From Diadema antillarum (taxonomy: Eukaryota), in assembly GCF_040938485.1 (NCBI RefSeq), contig NW_027271582.1, forward strand, positions 248,001 to 312,000: a stretch of 64,000 bases of DNA, written 5' to 3'. Shown one piece after another: positions 51,231 to 64,000 of the stretch (position 1 is its first letter; every line of letters starts with the position of its first letter). The notes below the pieces were generated by a model. That model was not told the DNA's origin. It saw only the letters and a program-made list of their open reading frames with translations, and did no database searches. The translations under genes and the position numbers were made by a program.

Positions 51231-53252
51231 TTAATGTTTTAAAGATGATTCTTCATACTCACACTAATCTGGCATATTAAAGTGATTTGTACAAAACAGG
51301 GAACAGATTGTACTATTCTTCTTGGGGACGGGCAGCCAAACATTATGACAAATGGCCTGGATGGGAGGGGGGGGGGGGGTGTGAAGGATTTATTCTCTAC
51401 TTCAAACAACATCTACTCAGGAAATGGATGCATCTGGAATCCATGATTCACATTAATATGGGGCCGGAATTGGTTCACAGTCCTCAAAAGACAAATTGCC
51501 CATCTACAAGAATATCATGTTATGTACAAGGCGGGCAGCGCTTTAATTCGATGTAACAGGATAGGAACAGATGGAGTGTTTCCCAGTTCCACATGTGACC
51601 TTCCACCCAACTGGACTGAACAGGGAACAGGAGATGTTGCAATTTGTGGCACAAATGAGCGAGCCCTGCCTGGTAAACACATACCATGCACTGGGCACAT
51701 GAATGTCAGTCTTGCAACGCATTAATAGGCCATTAGAGGTGAAACACTTTGAGAAGTGTAGGACCACCACCTACGGATGAAAAGTCTAGATACAGCTTGC
51801 GCATCACCTGGGAGCGGTAAACCAAGAGTTCAATCCTGGGCTAATATTTGGCATACCTATGGTTTTGGGGGCCACTTGATCAAATATTTGCTCAGTCAAT
51901 AATGCCATATGTGGCAGGTACAGTGTGCATGAGGGCACAATTTATACAAAGTAGGACATTCCCTACGGGGTTGATTCCTTGTTCCTAACTGGAAGACAAC
52001 CTGCATGTCCTGACATTCATGGTCCAGAAAAAGCTACAGTTCAGAGTAATTGGTAGACATTTAGCCTCGTTTCCCAGCCCTAACCCACCCACAAGTGGGG
52101 GGGGGGGGGGGGAGCCCTCGGATAGACTAGCAAGTATTGGTGCAACATCAATGGGCGAGTGGGAAATGCTCTTCACTTTGGGAATATTTTTGTGTAAAAA
52201 GATTAATAAATAATCAAGCAACTAAAGAAAAAAAATGATAGGGCCTACATGAAAAACTAAATGAAATAATAATAATAAAGAGAGATAAAAAAGTACAATA
52301 AAATAAAATTTAACAATCCTAACATGTACTACTAGTGATAGTGATACATGTTATCTAAGATCATGATGTACGTGAACAAAATTGGAATGTTACTAAGGAG
52401 CAGTATAAATTTCTACAATACAGAGTGTAGGCCTACAACATTGTAGGCCTACATGTAGCTTTTCGTAAATGTTTGTCCATCACAGTAAACACTGCATACA
52501 TAGTAGTTTACATCTTTACCAGTCCCACCTCACCCCCCCCCCCCCCAACCTTCAAGGAAACGAAGGCTGTTGAAGAGCATTTGGAGCCTGACGCGCACAA
52601 ATCGATGACTGTTTACCACCAAGCGGCCAGCGAAAGAGGCATTTTCGGGGCGAGGTCCCCCGGTTTGGTATAAGTGGGGCCACTTGGGGTCACCTGCAAG
52701 CCCTCCGTGGCGGCTGGCCTAGGGGACACCAAGAAGTGGTGATGACAGTATGTTGGCAGCCTGTATCAAAACACAGGCGGCTACCCTGTCACTGGCGACA
52801 GCTCACATTATACACACTCTCAAGACCAATACAGGGGGGGGGGGGGGGAAAGAATAGGATAGAAATTCTTCTCTACAGCTAAAGAAAATGCCATTCCCCA
52901 TCACCAGAAAGACAGTCACGCAATCAACAGGCCCCTACCAATATTTATTTTCGTCCCTTCATTATCAATTCCTTTCTTCTACCTTTAATTCTTGCCTTGT
53001 CACAAGTCACAAAGATGGATCTGAGTGTAAAGCCTCAACTTGTGTGTATTATCTATCATTCCCCATACACGCAAAGGCCTCTTTGGCACTGGTATCTGTC
53101 ATTGGCTCAGAAGTTGCAGGCACATGTTACAGTTGCTTAGTTCAAGTGTGCGTGGTGTTCTATTGCAAGAAACAATGGATTTTACAGATCATCTATTTGT
53201 AACTAGGCTTATATGTTTGAGTGCTGAGAATGCATTAAAATCATGAGGACTA

Positions 53253-53783
53253 CTGTATACGCTATAATTTTCGCGTACATAAATTTTCGCGAATTACCGC
53301 TGTCACACATTTTCGCGAGTGGTTAAATTCGCGATTGGGGGACCAGAGAAAATATGAAGTGGCAAAGAAAGTGTAAATTTTCAACTTACTAGCAAATAAG
53401 AATGATACTACAGTGTAGTTATACACTGCATGAAAAAAACTTACCAAACTCTGCGAACTAGTAAGTTAGAATTCAACATTTTTGAAGTGGTTAAGTCCAT
53501 CGCGCTAGATTTCTGATGAGTGGTCCCCTTGCGATAATGGATTGGCTCTCTACAGTATTCATGGTAGACGTGAACGTGCGTAAACAAGCTTTTAATAGTC
53601 AGTATGGTCTGTTCGGTAAGTCGTGACATGGTATACTAGTACTGAAATGTTCGTATCATCAAGGCAAGGGATTCCTTTTGGAAGGTAATATTTTCGCGTG
53701 TTGTTAATTTCGCGAATAGCTCCGGACTCGCGAAATTCACGAAAATAAAACCCCCGCGAAATATACATGTATAGCGTATACAG
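53253..53783. mobile_element. TA-flanked MITE (CTGTA family), 531 bp, well preserved
   Basis: Perfect 14-bp TIR TA|ctgtatacgctata ... tatagcgtatacag|TA; many TTCGCG/CGCGAA subterminal motifs. Confidence 0.8.
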
Positions 53784-53987
53784 TATTCTTATTCAGTTGT
53801 GATACAAATGCCGAGTGTACATCTGCATTCATAAGATTACAGAGTTTAAATTTAGCTGAGCTGACAAAAAATGTCTGCTTGAGATTTGAACACCCATCCT
53901 TGCATCTTTTCAAATCAAATGCAACTCATTTTCTCCTCACATTCCCTACAAATTAAGATTTTTCAATCACTTTTTTTTTCCAACTAG

Positions 53988-54160
53988 TTTCCTTGAATTA
54001 CTATCTAGATTAATACAGTACAGAGAACAGAATTACATAGAGTAAGAGAATGGAATTACATGGAGTAAGAGAAAAAGTTTCCTTGAATTACCATCTAGAT
54101 TCAAACAGGACAGAGAACGGAAGTACATAAAGTAGAAAGAGAAAAAGTTAAAGCACTTGT
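53988..54160. repeat. 90-bp tandem duplication containing an inner ~22-bp duplication
   Basis: tttccttgaatta.atctagatt at 53988 and 54078; gaattacat.gagtaagagaa twice in the first unit. Confidence 0.75.
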
Positions 54161-55884
54161 AATACTTCAGTAGGAAAGAGGGTGATTGTGGTATGTTTGG
54201 TTTTTGTTTATATGCTTGAGTTGTGTGTTCCTCCAGTTTTTTGAGTGACACAAACTTGGCAGAGATGCGTGTGACTGAATTCCAAACACCAAATCAGCAA
54301 CTTGTTAGAATCTTGAGCTCGCCCAATTTACCAACATTTACGATTGCCATAACAACACTTCACTAGAGGTTGAGGGATTAATTGGTATCCCAGGAGACTC
54401 TGATTGGTCAGGGGGCAGCCGAGGTCAAGCAAAGGTCAAGGGTTAGGGAAGAATCCTCCCTCATCTTCCAGCCACACCTACGGAAGGATCATGTTTCTAT
54501 TAAAATTCTATACACACCTTGGGCACAAATTTGCAACAATGCTGCATGTCACAGGGTAGAGATGCTACCACAACTCAACACACCCTGAACTGGTAAACAC
54601 GCCTCCAGGGAGTAATCATAAAGACCTCACGTCACCAATCTTCACTTAACAAGGTCTTCTTCCATTTTTCCCTCTTTTTTTATCAAAATATACATTGGCT
54701 GCACCACAAAGAAAAAAAGAAAACCGGGGTTGTTCTTCTCTGCACCATATTTTGTACAGCCAATGAAAAGTACAGAAATGTGATTCTCCTACACTGATGC
54801 ACCTCTGGTCAAATCCTTTCTTTCATACCATTGTAATCGATAGTATTTGAAGTATACAACATTGCAGATCTCAAAATACACTTCATACTAAGTGTACATC
54901 GTGTGTGCAAAAATATCATTTTGTCTGTTTCATTTGCCTTTATTTTTTTCTTGTTAATTCAAGAAGGCACACATGGTAAAGCAGAAATGGCAGCTGCATA
55001 CAACTCTATGCAGCCATACTGAGCATAACTTGGGCAACCTACAGAGCTGATAATATGTTTGTAGTTCAATCAAGTCTTCTCATGGCATAATTAATAAATT
55101 CTTTCTCCATCTCTGAAAACACAGAGAACAAATGTTGCAGTGAGAAAAGAGCATGTCTCATATACACATGTAGCTAGGACTGCCCTTCTACAAGGAAAAC
55201 TTTAATATTATGGAGCAGATACTCATGAGAAGGGCTTAAAAAGTTACACCAACATCATTGAGCGTCATTATCCACTCTAGACAAAGAGTACTCAGTTCAT
55301 TCCGTGGTCCAATGGTGTACCCTGTGCTCTGAATTACAATAAAATGGCTGCATACAGAGTTTATAGACGGACACTATCTACAACAGGCAACTCCACACAC
55401 AGCACTGTACTTGTACATATATGTAAAAAGCATGAGTACTTTTCAACCATCCTCAGGAAAGGAAGCATTCTCACACAACCACCAGGATTGCTCAACTTTT
55501 GCACCAAATGATATGCCTTAATGTTACATTATATCCCCAACAGGAAGTGCTATGCAATAATAAAGGCGGTTCCTTAACCCAATCTCTACCGAATTCTGCA
55601 ATCCCTAGATACACTTTTGAACATGACTAATCCATCCCCCCCCCCCCCCCCCCCCCATATCGCTGCTGGCAATGAGTGAACGAATAGAAAATGAGGGATA
55701 CGCTGACTTACTTAAAAATCAGGGCGGAGACAGGTGAACCCAGGTAGGAAATGAATCTGTCAATTTGAACCAAATTTCGGGCCAGACAGGGGCGGACCGC
55801 TTAAATGGTCGGCAAGCTGGCTGGCTGGCTGGCCGGCTGGCAGAGTGGTAGAGATGCAATCCTGAAAGATTTTATTGATTTACG

Positions 55885-55959
55885 AACTTGCCCCAGACTC
55901 TCCCCCTGATAGGAGCAGGAATTCCTGCCACTAGTTTGCCCATGACGAGCATCTGAACT
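55885..55959 (+). repeat. Left arm of a 75-bp inverted repeat (partner 58848-58922)
   Basis: 73/75 identical to the reverse complement of 58848-58922. Confidence 0.92.
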
Positions 55960-58576
55960 CGGGGAGGGTTTAATGAATGGAATATGGAGTGCACCAATGA
56001 AGGATTCCTCAGAGGGCATAATGAGCCCAATTACCGGCAATGACCCCAATTACGACGGGCCATGAGTTGATCTCCATTCATTTATTTACGGCACTATGGG
56101 CCGGGATATTTCTCCATCTTCCCCTCCCCCTTCTCATCTCATTTTGATAGCATCACCAAGAGTCAATTTTATAGCTTCATCACTGCCAAGTTTAACTAAA
56201 ACTACCAAGCACTGACTGTATCCCTTTCCGAATTAAATACAAAAATCAGTTTCTTTCCTTTTTTAATTTGGATGGCCATGATTTTTTTTTCCATCTTCAT
56301 TGTCATAATTAATTAAATCTTTGCAAAACAGCAAATATCAATTCTTCAGAGAGAATGACATTCATCAGACCTCCTCCCTCCCCCTTGATTAACATGTCTG
56401 AATAGTCAGTCATTAGGAACCAATATCTGTAGCATCCTCACGTGGGTAAATTCATAGATTCTTGGTGCTTCAAAACCACTAGACCACTAGTCGAGGGAAC
56501 AAAGAGCATAAAATTAATGGACATCTGCCGAACAAAAATACAGGACCCTTTATAGCTGATACCTATTCAGGAACATGAGAGAAAATTTGTTCTTCTAAGT
56601 GCCATGACATTATAACTTTCTGTGATCCAACCCTATTTCAAACAGCACATCATGGGAGATACATCATGTATCTTTAATATCAGGGACAATTGTATTTCAT
56701 AAAAAATAGTGAAATGACAAGCCACAAAAGTTTCTACACCAAGAATACACCATTAATCATTGCTTCTCCAATCACATCCTGCCCTGGCATTTTCATTTCA
56801 GTTTACAATATGATGACAGAAACATTACTTCATTGCCCTGAAAATGACATCACTTGGGGTATCTAATAGCTCGTCCAGAGACTACTAAATGCACCATAAA
56901 TTACTGCAAACTAGGCCGTTTCTTCAGAGGGCAAACATTTTGACAAATTATACCACTTAATTTGAGTAAACTGCTCTGTACTATGATACGGGCGGGGCTT
57001 TTGAACAATTTGTACAGTTGTCTTGGTTGAACTCCAATTGAAAATGTCTTGGTGGTACATGTATATATGTAGTAAAGTGAACTTATTGCACATGTCATTT
57101 TTGTCTGTGTTTATATACATTGATAGCTACGATCTTGGAGCTGCAACAACATTGATTTTCACAATTCTTATTTAAAGAAGAATTAAACATCTTTTACTCC
57201 TATACTTTGTCACAAAAATATTCCCACACTAGGACAGCTAAAAGAGACATAATTTCTAATACTTTTTAATTTCCATTGTAACTGTAAATGGGCTTAAATG
57301 GGGATTTTTTTTTTTCTTTAAGATTGCTGGGGGGCATGTTAGGGAGCTCAGGCAGTCACGACTCCACAGCAAATGATGCTTTAGACTTATGATTGATCAC
57401 AAGCGAAATGTAACGGCTCATTGACTAATCTCCAGGGAGCAGCAGTACAGACCTTGTTGAAGGATATAGGCCTAGACCAATGCAAAACAAAACGACACAA
57501 AAGAACAGAAAAAATGAGAAAGCAGTATAAACAAAAACAAGGAATAAATGCAGTCTCCCTGTCGCTGGTTTATTTAAGGAGTCATGATCGAGAATTTCTG
57601 CAAGATGAAGAAGTTCAGGGCAACAATTAGGAGGGTGTGGTACCTCTATGTGTGATGACAGCCATGGTAGGCCAGAAAGAAGGTAGTTTTATACTGTGAA
57701 GATCATTTTCCCTATGTGACTACACATACTTGCACAGCATTGAGAGTTAGAGGCCTATCTCAATGGAGAAGACATTGCCTCAACTGCCATGACTGATCAG
57801 TTGCGGCCACTCGTGCAACTCGAAGGATCAAAACATGGCTTGCGCTCTCGCCTAGAAAGCGACTCCAGGGCGACATCCAAGACGTCTCCCAACAAGCTGA
57901 AAAAGTATTTGCCCGGAAATCGCAGGGACGTCACCGTGACATCTCTGAGAAGTCTTCCTAGAGCAGTTGCGGACACATATCCGCAACGTTTCTACATCGG
58001 CACCAATAGCATGCCATGGCGTCTCCACAAGGTTGCAGACACGTCTCAGAGTCATCGCTTACATCAGTCTCCACAATGCAGCCACAACTATAAAGGGGAT
58101 GTCACAGAGATGTCGCACAGATATCTCCAAGACCAGCTGGAGTCTAGGAAAAGTTTCTGAATAAAATTGAACAAATTTGATTCTCCAGTGACTCCCACCA
58201 GACCCAGCTAGTTTCCAGGAGAAGTTACCGAGACATCTCCGCAACCAGCAAGACTTCAGTCGCCACCAGGTCGTAACTTAGTCTCGGAGTCCATGAGGGT
58301 ACCTACTTTAGCTCCTCAACTTTTACCTTACTACAAGAGCACCTTTCCCATGCAGCGCAATAACAAAATTAATAGGAACCACACGTATCAACTATCAGTG
58401 AATTGTCAATTACAACAACAGATATTACTATCTGGGCGATGACAAACAACAAAAATTATAAGGAAATCATGATGATGATGATGATGGAGATAATGATCAC
58501 AGCCAATGACACATACAATAATAATGATGATGACATTTTTATGACATTTGACAGCAATGGTGAAAATTATACTGAA

Positions 58577-58599
58577 GATGTTGATGTTGATGTTGATGT

Positions 58600-58638
<39 letters not shown>
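58577..58638. repeat. (GATGTT)4 plus (GAT)n microsatellite
   Basis: Direct reading; source of the poly-Asp and poly-Ile ORFs. Confidence 0.95.
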
Positions 58639-58847
58639 GGATGACATTGATAAGGAAGATATTTGCTTGGAGAGAGAAATTGAACAACAGATTTACATGA
58701 ATATAAATTGGAGGATTGGGTTGCACACCAGTGTTAGGCGATGTGAATTAAATCTAAACGCAGAAGTCATTTGAGTTAAGTCCTTCCACCAAATCCATGA
58801 GAAAATGACAGGGAAGTGATAAGAAAAGGTCAATGGCATGGGGGGGA

Positions 58848-58922
58848 AGTTCAGATGCTCGTCATGGGCAACCTAGTGGCAGGAATTCCTGCTCGTATCA
58901 GGGGGAGAGTCTGGGGCAAGTT
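58848..58922 (-). repeat. Right arm of a 75-bp inverted repeat (partner 55885-55959), 100 nt from the donor at 59021
   Basis: agttcagatgctcgtcatgggcaacctagtggcaggaattcctgctcgtatcagggggagagtctggggcaagtt. Confidence 0.92.
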
Positions 58923-59021
58923 TATTCTGAAATCAACCCCCTGGACTCCAAGTCATCTCTTAATTCCTGCAGATCAAGCTGCTTCAATTGGGGTAAAGCC
59001 TAAGTTGCTCTGGGCTCTTAC

Positions 59022-59126
59022 CTTTTCCCGGTCGTCTACGACATCGCACACGACATCATCAACGTCCAGTATTCCGCCCTCGTTCTGACTTGACAGGCTG
59101 TGGACATGCACCCAGTATTCAGCACC
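59022..59126 (-). CDS. PARD3: Par-3 exon 1/16 in window (CR1 domain middle): GAEYWVHVHSLSSQNEGGILDVDDVVCDVVDDREK
   Basis: ttttgcag acceptor, AAG|gtaag donor, 105 nt, phase 0-0. Matches vertebrate Par3 [28 protein letters not shown]. Confidence 0.96.
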
Positions 59127-60569
59127 CTGCAAAACATGATGGAATATTCAAATCAAACCCGTGCACTGTACAATTAATCAATCTTACGCATGCTTTTAAT
59201 GGCAGAAAATAGGCCATCAAAATTACATACAATTTGTACATTGAACTCTCGCCAAGAAAAAGAAAGGGGAGGGGGGCTTTAATGCTTGCTAGTATACGAG
59301 CATTGCTGAATTACCTCAAGGAAATGAATATACATGGTACATATTAATATTCTTAGGGAAGTTATTGACTACTGTACAGTAGTTACAACAGTTCAGAGAA
59401 TTCATGTTTTTCACACATTCTTTCACATCTTCACGTATTTCACCTGAGCACACTTTCAAACCAATCACAAAGTTACAAAACTTCATTTTGTGAAAGCTGT
59501 TACCAGTTATAAAAAAAAAACAAAAACAAAAACAAGCAAACCATTATAAACTTCAATAATGTTCACTGGTATAAAATTCACACTATAGCTGAGGAAAGTG
59601 CCCTCTATAGCACAATGATGGCACCTTACAATATAATTAGCAAATCTAGATGTCAACTGGCTTTGGTATTTGGGCATAATGCATGGTGAGTGAAATAACT
59701 TAGAGGCTACTTACATTGTAGCACTAGCATTTGATATGGCATGTGCTTCAGTGGAACATGGCCTGCATTTGAGTCATAAGATGTACAAGGCTGTATCACT
59801 TGACATCACTCTAATGCACTACAGCAAGCTACATTGTATGCCAAGCTTGCGCCCCCCCCCCCCCCCCCCCCCCACCCCACCCAACCCCCCTTCGGGGTTT
59901 AAAGTAAAAGGCAATACAAAGAATATACTGCTACAGATGTACATGTATCACTTGAGCATGAAATGAGGCTTCGCTGACCAAGACCATCAGTCCAAAGTTA
60001 TTCCACATTACTGCATTGACACGTCAGATGGCACATTTCTATGGTCCATTCTTCATAACACCGTATAGGTTGTCCCGATTCCTTCTACTGTGGTCATTGC
60101 CTGTACATACAGTGCATTCAGTCATTTTAGTGAGAGCGAACATACTGTACATATCCAGGCTCAGTCAACCAAGCATCAATACACACAGATTTCTCAATCT
60201 ATGGTGCCAATCAAACCGGCAAGCAGAACGGACATTTTGATGGTTGATGACCAATTCAGATTGTACTGTCAAATCTACATGCACTAAACACCATACATGT
60301 GTTGTATGTTTGATATGTGCCCAGTTCAGCCTATCCTAGGCCTACAGGGTGTAGTTTTACAATGATTAACATCCACATTGACATAAAGTTTGGAGTTTTC
60401 TGGAGTGTCATTGAGTAAAGAGCCCAGAAAGGAAAGTCTTTTGCAAAACAAAACCTTCATTATGGATACTCCTACCCCTTATGGTTTGTTATCTTTGTTT
60501 GTTTGCTTGTTTGTTGTTAATATCAGATGGTCCCCCCCGACTCCCCCGCCTTCCAAGCCTATCAGATTG

Positions 60570-61200
60570 CAGACATGCATCCAGAATCACGTAAAACTGG
60601 ATTGGGAAAAAATACATTTGTGAAGTGTGATTGGCATGGGATCTTAAATGTGTTTCTAAAACACGCTGTGAGACAAGTTTTTTCATGCCAATCCGTAAAA
60701 GGGGTCATTGACTTTTTTTTTTCCAGCGCACATCCAGAATCATGTAAAACTGTAAAAATTGGAAAAAATATATTTGTGAAGTGTGATTGGCACAGGTTCC
60801 TTTCACACTTAAACCCATTGAGGTCCGTTTGATTTTGCTACAACACGTATTTCCCATAGACACCTGCCCCATATCCAGGCAATTACCCCAAGCATATTGC
60901 AAAACACAATATTTTCGCGGCACAAAATTTTCGCGAGTTGCCTCTAACATTCAATGCATAGGACCTATAGTGTAGACAAGAACTTGCGCATGCATTAATT
61001 TCATGAATTTTGGCTCTGGGGAAATTTGCGAAATTCAAATGCATGCAAACATTCCTCATTTTTCAGAACTCGGGACTCGTCCTCGACGGGTTAACAAAAG
61101 TAACTCATAAAGTAATAAATGTGTTTCCTAAACATGCTTACAGAGACAAGTTCTTGTTCTGAAAGGGGTCATTTACTTTTTGTGTTTTTCCAGTGTACAA
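60570..61200. repeat. ~153-bp tandem repeat (2-3 degenerate units) split by nested MITEs
   Basis: catccagaatca at 60578 and 60731; taaatgtgtttc...gagacaagtt...aaaggggtcatt at ~60645 and ~61117. Confidence 0.7.
60814..61090. mobile_element. piggyBac-like MITE with a nested degraded CTGTA-family MITE (~60898-61066)
   Basis: ttaa(a)cccattgaggtc ... gtcctcgacggg|ttaa; the inner part has ttttcgcg motifs and tattgcaaaa/ttttcagaa ends. Confidence 0.5.
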
Positions 61201-62990
61201 CTGGAAAACACTTCCTCCTTAACATCACAACCTCCCTCCCCTTCCTGATAGTGAAAATCACATAATGAATGCTTTTTCCAAGAAAGAGAGCTATGAGTCA
61301 CACTAGAGACTTGTTGCTATGATACCACTTCAGTATCCGGTATCACGGGCGTGGACCCATCACCAGTCGTGTCGATTCATATTAAGGTTTTGAATATAAG
61401 GAAAACCTCATCGCAAAAACACTTATCGCATGAGGGTTAATGGGTTCGGTTTAGGGAGTCAAGGCTGTTTACTCCTGAGCAAAATGTGATCTTAAAGTGC
61501 CATTCACATTTGAATTCTATTCTTAATTTTCCGATCATGAATCATGACACATGCATGTTTATCACAGAGGATAAATTTGATGTAGCCTTGTAGATAAACA
61601 GTCACTTTTTATTCACAATATCAGCTCTGGATGAACTACAACAATTAACATCTTCCATGTTTCAAAATTCAGTATAATCAAGTAGAGCAATAACCTCTCA
61701 CATTTTCAGTTCATCCATTACCAAGTAGCCATTTGAAGCAATTTGAAAATATCTTTTTTATTATTATTTGTAATGCTCCAGTTGTAAAAAGGGACAGGGT
61801 ATCATTTTGATGCATTTTGCATTTTTTCCCCAAAAGCCACTTCTTGATTATGAATATTGTACAATGTGAAAAGGGTCCTGGCCAGGGGTCAATTCACCCA
61901 TGTGCAGATTAGACAGTGACAGTGCTTTCTATACACATTCACCCCAAGTTTAGAACCAGATGGATGATACACGTAGGACGTGAAATTTCACTCATGTGTA
62001 ATGATGACAGTACACTTTTGCACAACTGCACCACTAGAAAATCCATGTGTAAATACATTTGTACATTACATGCGTATGTCAGAACAACAACCCAACAACA
62101 GTATGGTACCTATTCTAGTATTCTAATCAAATGAAAGACTATGGTCTTTTTGCAAATACAACATTTCTTGTGAACCACAAACAAAGCAGAGCCCCCCCCC
62201 CCCCCCAAGAAAAATAATTTTTTTCAGCGAAACCAAGTAGATAACTCCTCGGCGAAACATTCAACGCAGCAGCCTTCTAAGTGTACACACAGGACCAAAT
62301 GACAAGATTATGATCCAGGATCCAAGTAGACTCAATCGTAGCATTTTCCACTGAGTTCACTAGAGATGTACAGACCTCTTCGCCACTTAAATGATGTACA
62401 ACGCTGGCGTCAAAAGAAGCTGGTGCACATTCATTCAAAATCCCATGTCTATTGTGCCAAACACAAAATGACTCAAAGACCAGATTATGAATCTGGACTC
62501 ATGTGCATACGCTGAGCACAACAAAGCCTTTCCTTCGAGATTCACATGAATATAACAATCCCGAATGCACACTATTCCAGTATGAAGTCAGAATGGTACC
62601 ACAACTACGCACTGGGAGTAATGGAGTGAATACAAACCCAGATAGCGTTACTGATTCTTGTGGTATACTGAGTATTATACACAAAAAGATCACCTTGGGT
62701 TTCAAGGGGGCGGACAGAGGATCCTATGACCAATAAAAACGTCTTTTACTCGTTGGGGGTTAATAAGATGGAAGCTCTTCGTTCTTGTTTACTATTCTTG
62801 TTTACTATTCCCCAGCAGAGGTCAATTAACGGTGATTCACACTGGACTTTGTTTACATTTTCAAGCTGCCCTCTCACAGTCCTTTTGCAACTGACCACAA
62901 CAAAGACCCATAGCGAAGTGAGTGGATATGAAAGTACACTCTAAATGCAATTCCCAAGAAGGAGCTAACGGAACCCATATTTCACCTTAC

Positions 62991-62996
62991 ATGAAT
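62991..62996 (-). CDS. Weaker candidate 6-nt microexon (ATT CAT = IH) upstream of the first in-window exon
   Basis: ccttttgtgcactgtccacag|ATTCAT|gtaagg. Frame-preserving, with TGC close to the 3' splice site. Could be chance. Confidence 0.22.
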
Positions 62997-64000
62997 CTGT
63001 GGACAGTGCACAAAAGGCCCATTCGCATGCAAGAGTTATTGACAGTCTTTGAATTGCATAGTAAAACTCAGTTTTACTTTAAATAAACAACCATTCACAC
63101 ATGGCCACAGAAATCATTCTTTTGCAATCGAAGGCTGCTGGCAGTTTTTTTCAGTGTGTGTGCCTAAAAAATGGCCAGATCATGACTCCAGGCACCCTAA
63201 TATGTGAACCTACATGTAGTGTGGTGAGTGGCATTATGGGATTTAAAAACAAAACAAACAAACAAACAGAGTGAAAGGTGTTTTTTTTTAACTGTGTGCC
63301 ATTCACACACACTGCATTAGACATATTGGACAGTTTAAAAAAGAATCACAAATGGAATGATTTTTGCAACATGATGCTGATCACAGATCTACAGATCAGA
63401 AGAAATGAATTCTTTGGTGTCCACACACAAAACTATAATAGCAGACTTTGAATCGCACTACAAATACAAATTTTTGAAAACATTAATTTTGGGTGGGTGA
63501 TGATAATGAGAAAGGGACAAAATGTTGTATTCCAGAGTAGAACAGTCTGAGCACGCTGACAGATGTGCATTGCTTCTACAGTTGTACTGTGCAATATTTC
63601 AACTGCAATTTATATTCAGTATTCAGTGCAGCTTGATGTTGCAGGCACAAAGAAGACATGGTATCACACACTATCATACATCGTAAGCAAGTTCTGAAAC
63701 CCTATCCCCAGCTGTCCTCCTCCATCTCAGAAACACTTCCTGCTTGCCTGAAATGCAATTCATACGCCTTATCTGGTCCAGCCAGAGACACAAACACAGA
63801 ATATACACTAAAGTGGTATACTGCACTGCATACACTGTACATCCGTGATCAGTCATTACAATTTCAGATACAATTACACAAATACTGTACCAGTGGGAAT
63901 TGCTAACATAAAAACATACAGCTGTACCACATTTATGATTTATGGCACCTCGGGAGGTGTTTACAATGGACTTCATGGCAGTTTACTCTGTACTGGATGC

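Noticed and set aside
53870-53910. tRNA/SINE-like B-box (also ~51820)
   Set aside because: Only an isolated GTTCAAATC-like box, with no cloverleaf or A-box; not a tRNA gene.
57760-58290. GC-rich GTCTC/GAGAC-repeat segment with 123-aa ORF
   Set aside because: Looks like a degraded DNA-transposon interior, but the termini and TSD are not resolvable and the ORF is not recognisable.
59127-64000. Par-3 first coding exon (MKVTV...)
   Set aside because: Not found by eye; presumed to lie beyond the window end.

Overview
Eukaryotic (invertebrate deuterostome-like, probably echinoderm; inference), AT-rich genomic DNA. The whole window lies inside one minus-strand gene, a partitioning-defective 3 (PARD3/par-3/bazooka) orthologue. 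I reconstructed 16 coding exons (59126 down to 863, 2878 nt). All have GT-AG boundaries and compatible phases, and together they encode most of the CR1 oligomerisation domain, the RRGSDP Par-1/14-3-3 site, PDZ1-3, the CR3 aPKC-binding motif and the KSSSLESL / RPRP..RGR.CNDSFRAAVDRSY regions. The first coding exon and the C-terminal exons lie outside the window. Introns (0.2-18 kb) are packed with non-autonomous DNA transposons (Kolobok-, piggyBac-, Tc1/mariner-, Harbinger-, Sola1-, Merlin- and Helentron-like), a 5'-truncated L1/Tx1 with TSD, mini/microsatellites and one 139-N gap. Best leads: (1) a candidate frame-preserving 12-nt microexon (EIRQ) inside the Par3 oligomerisation domain; (2) strongly over-represented TA-GGCC-TA / TA-CATG-TA palindromes, two of which look like de novo insertions at duplicated TA sites (possible transposon excision scars); (3) a 73/75-identical inverted repeat in the intron just after the CR1 exon. 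All coordinates and counts were made by eye; no database search was run.
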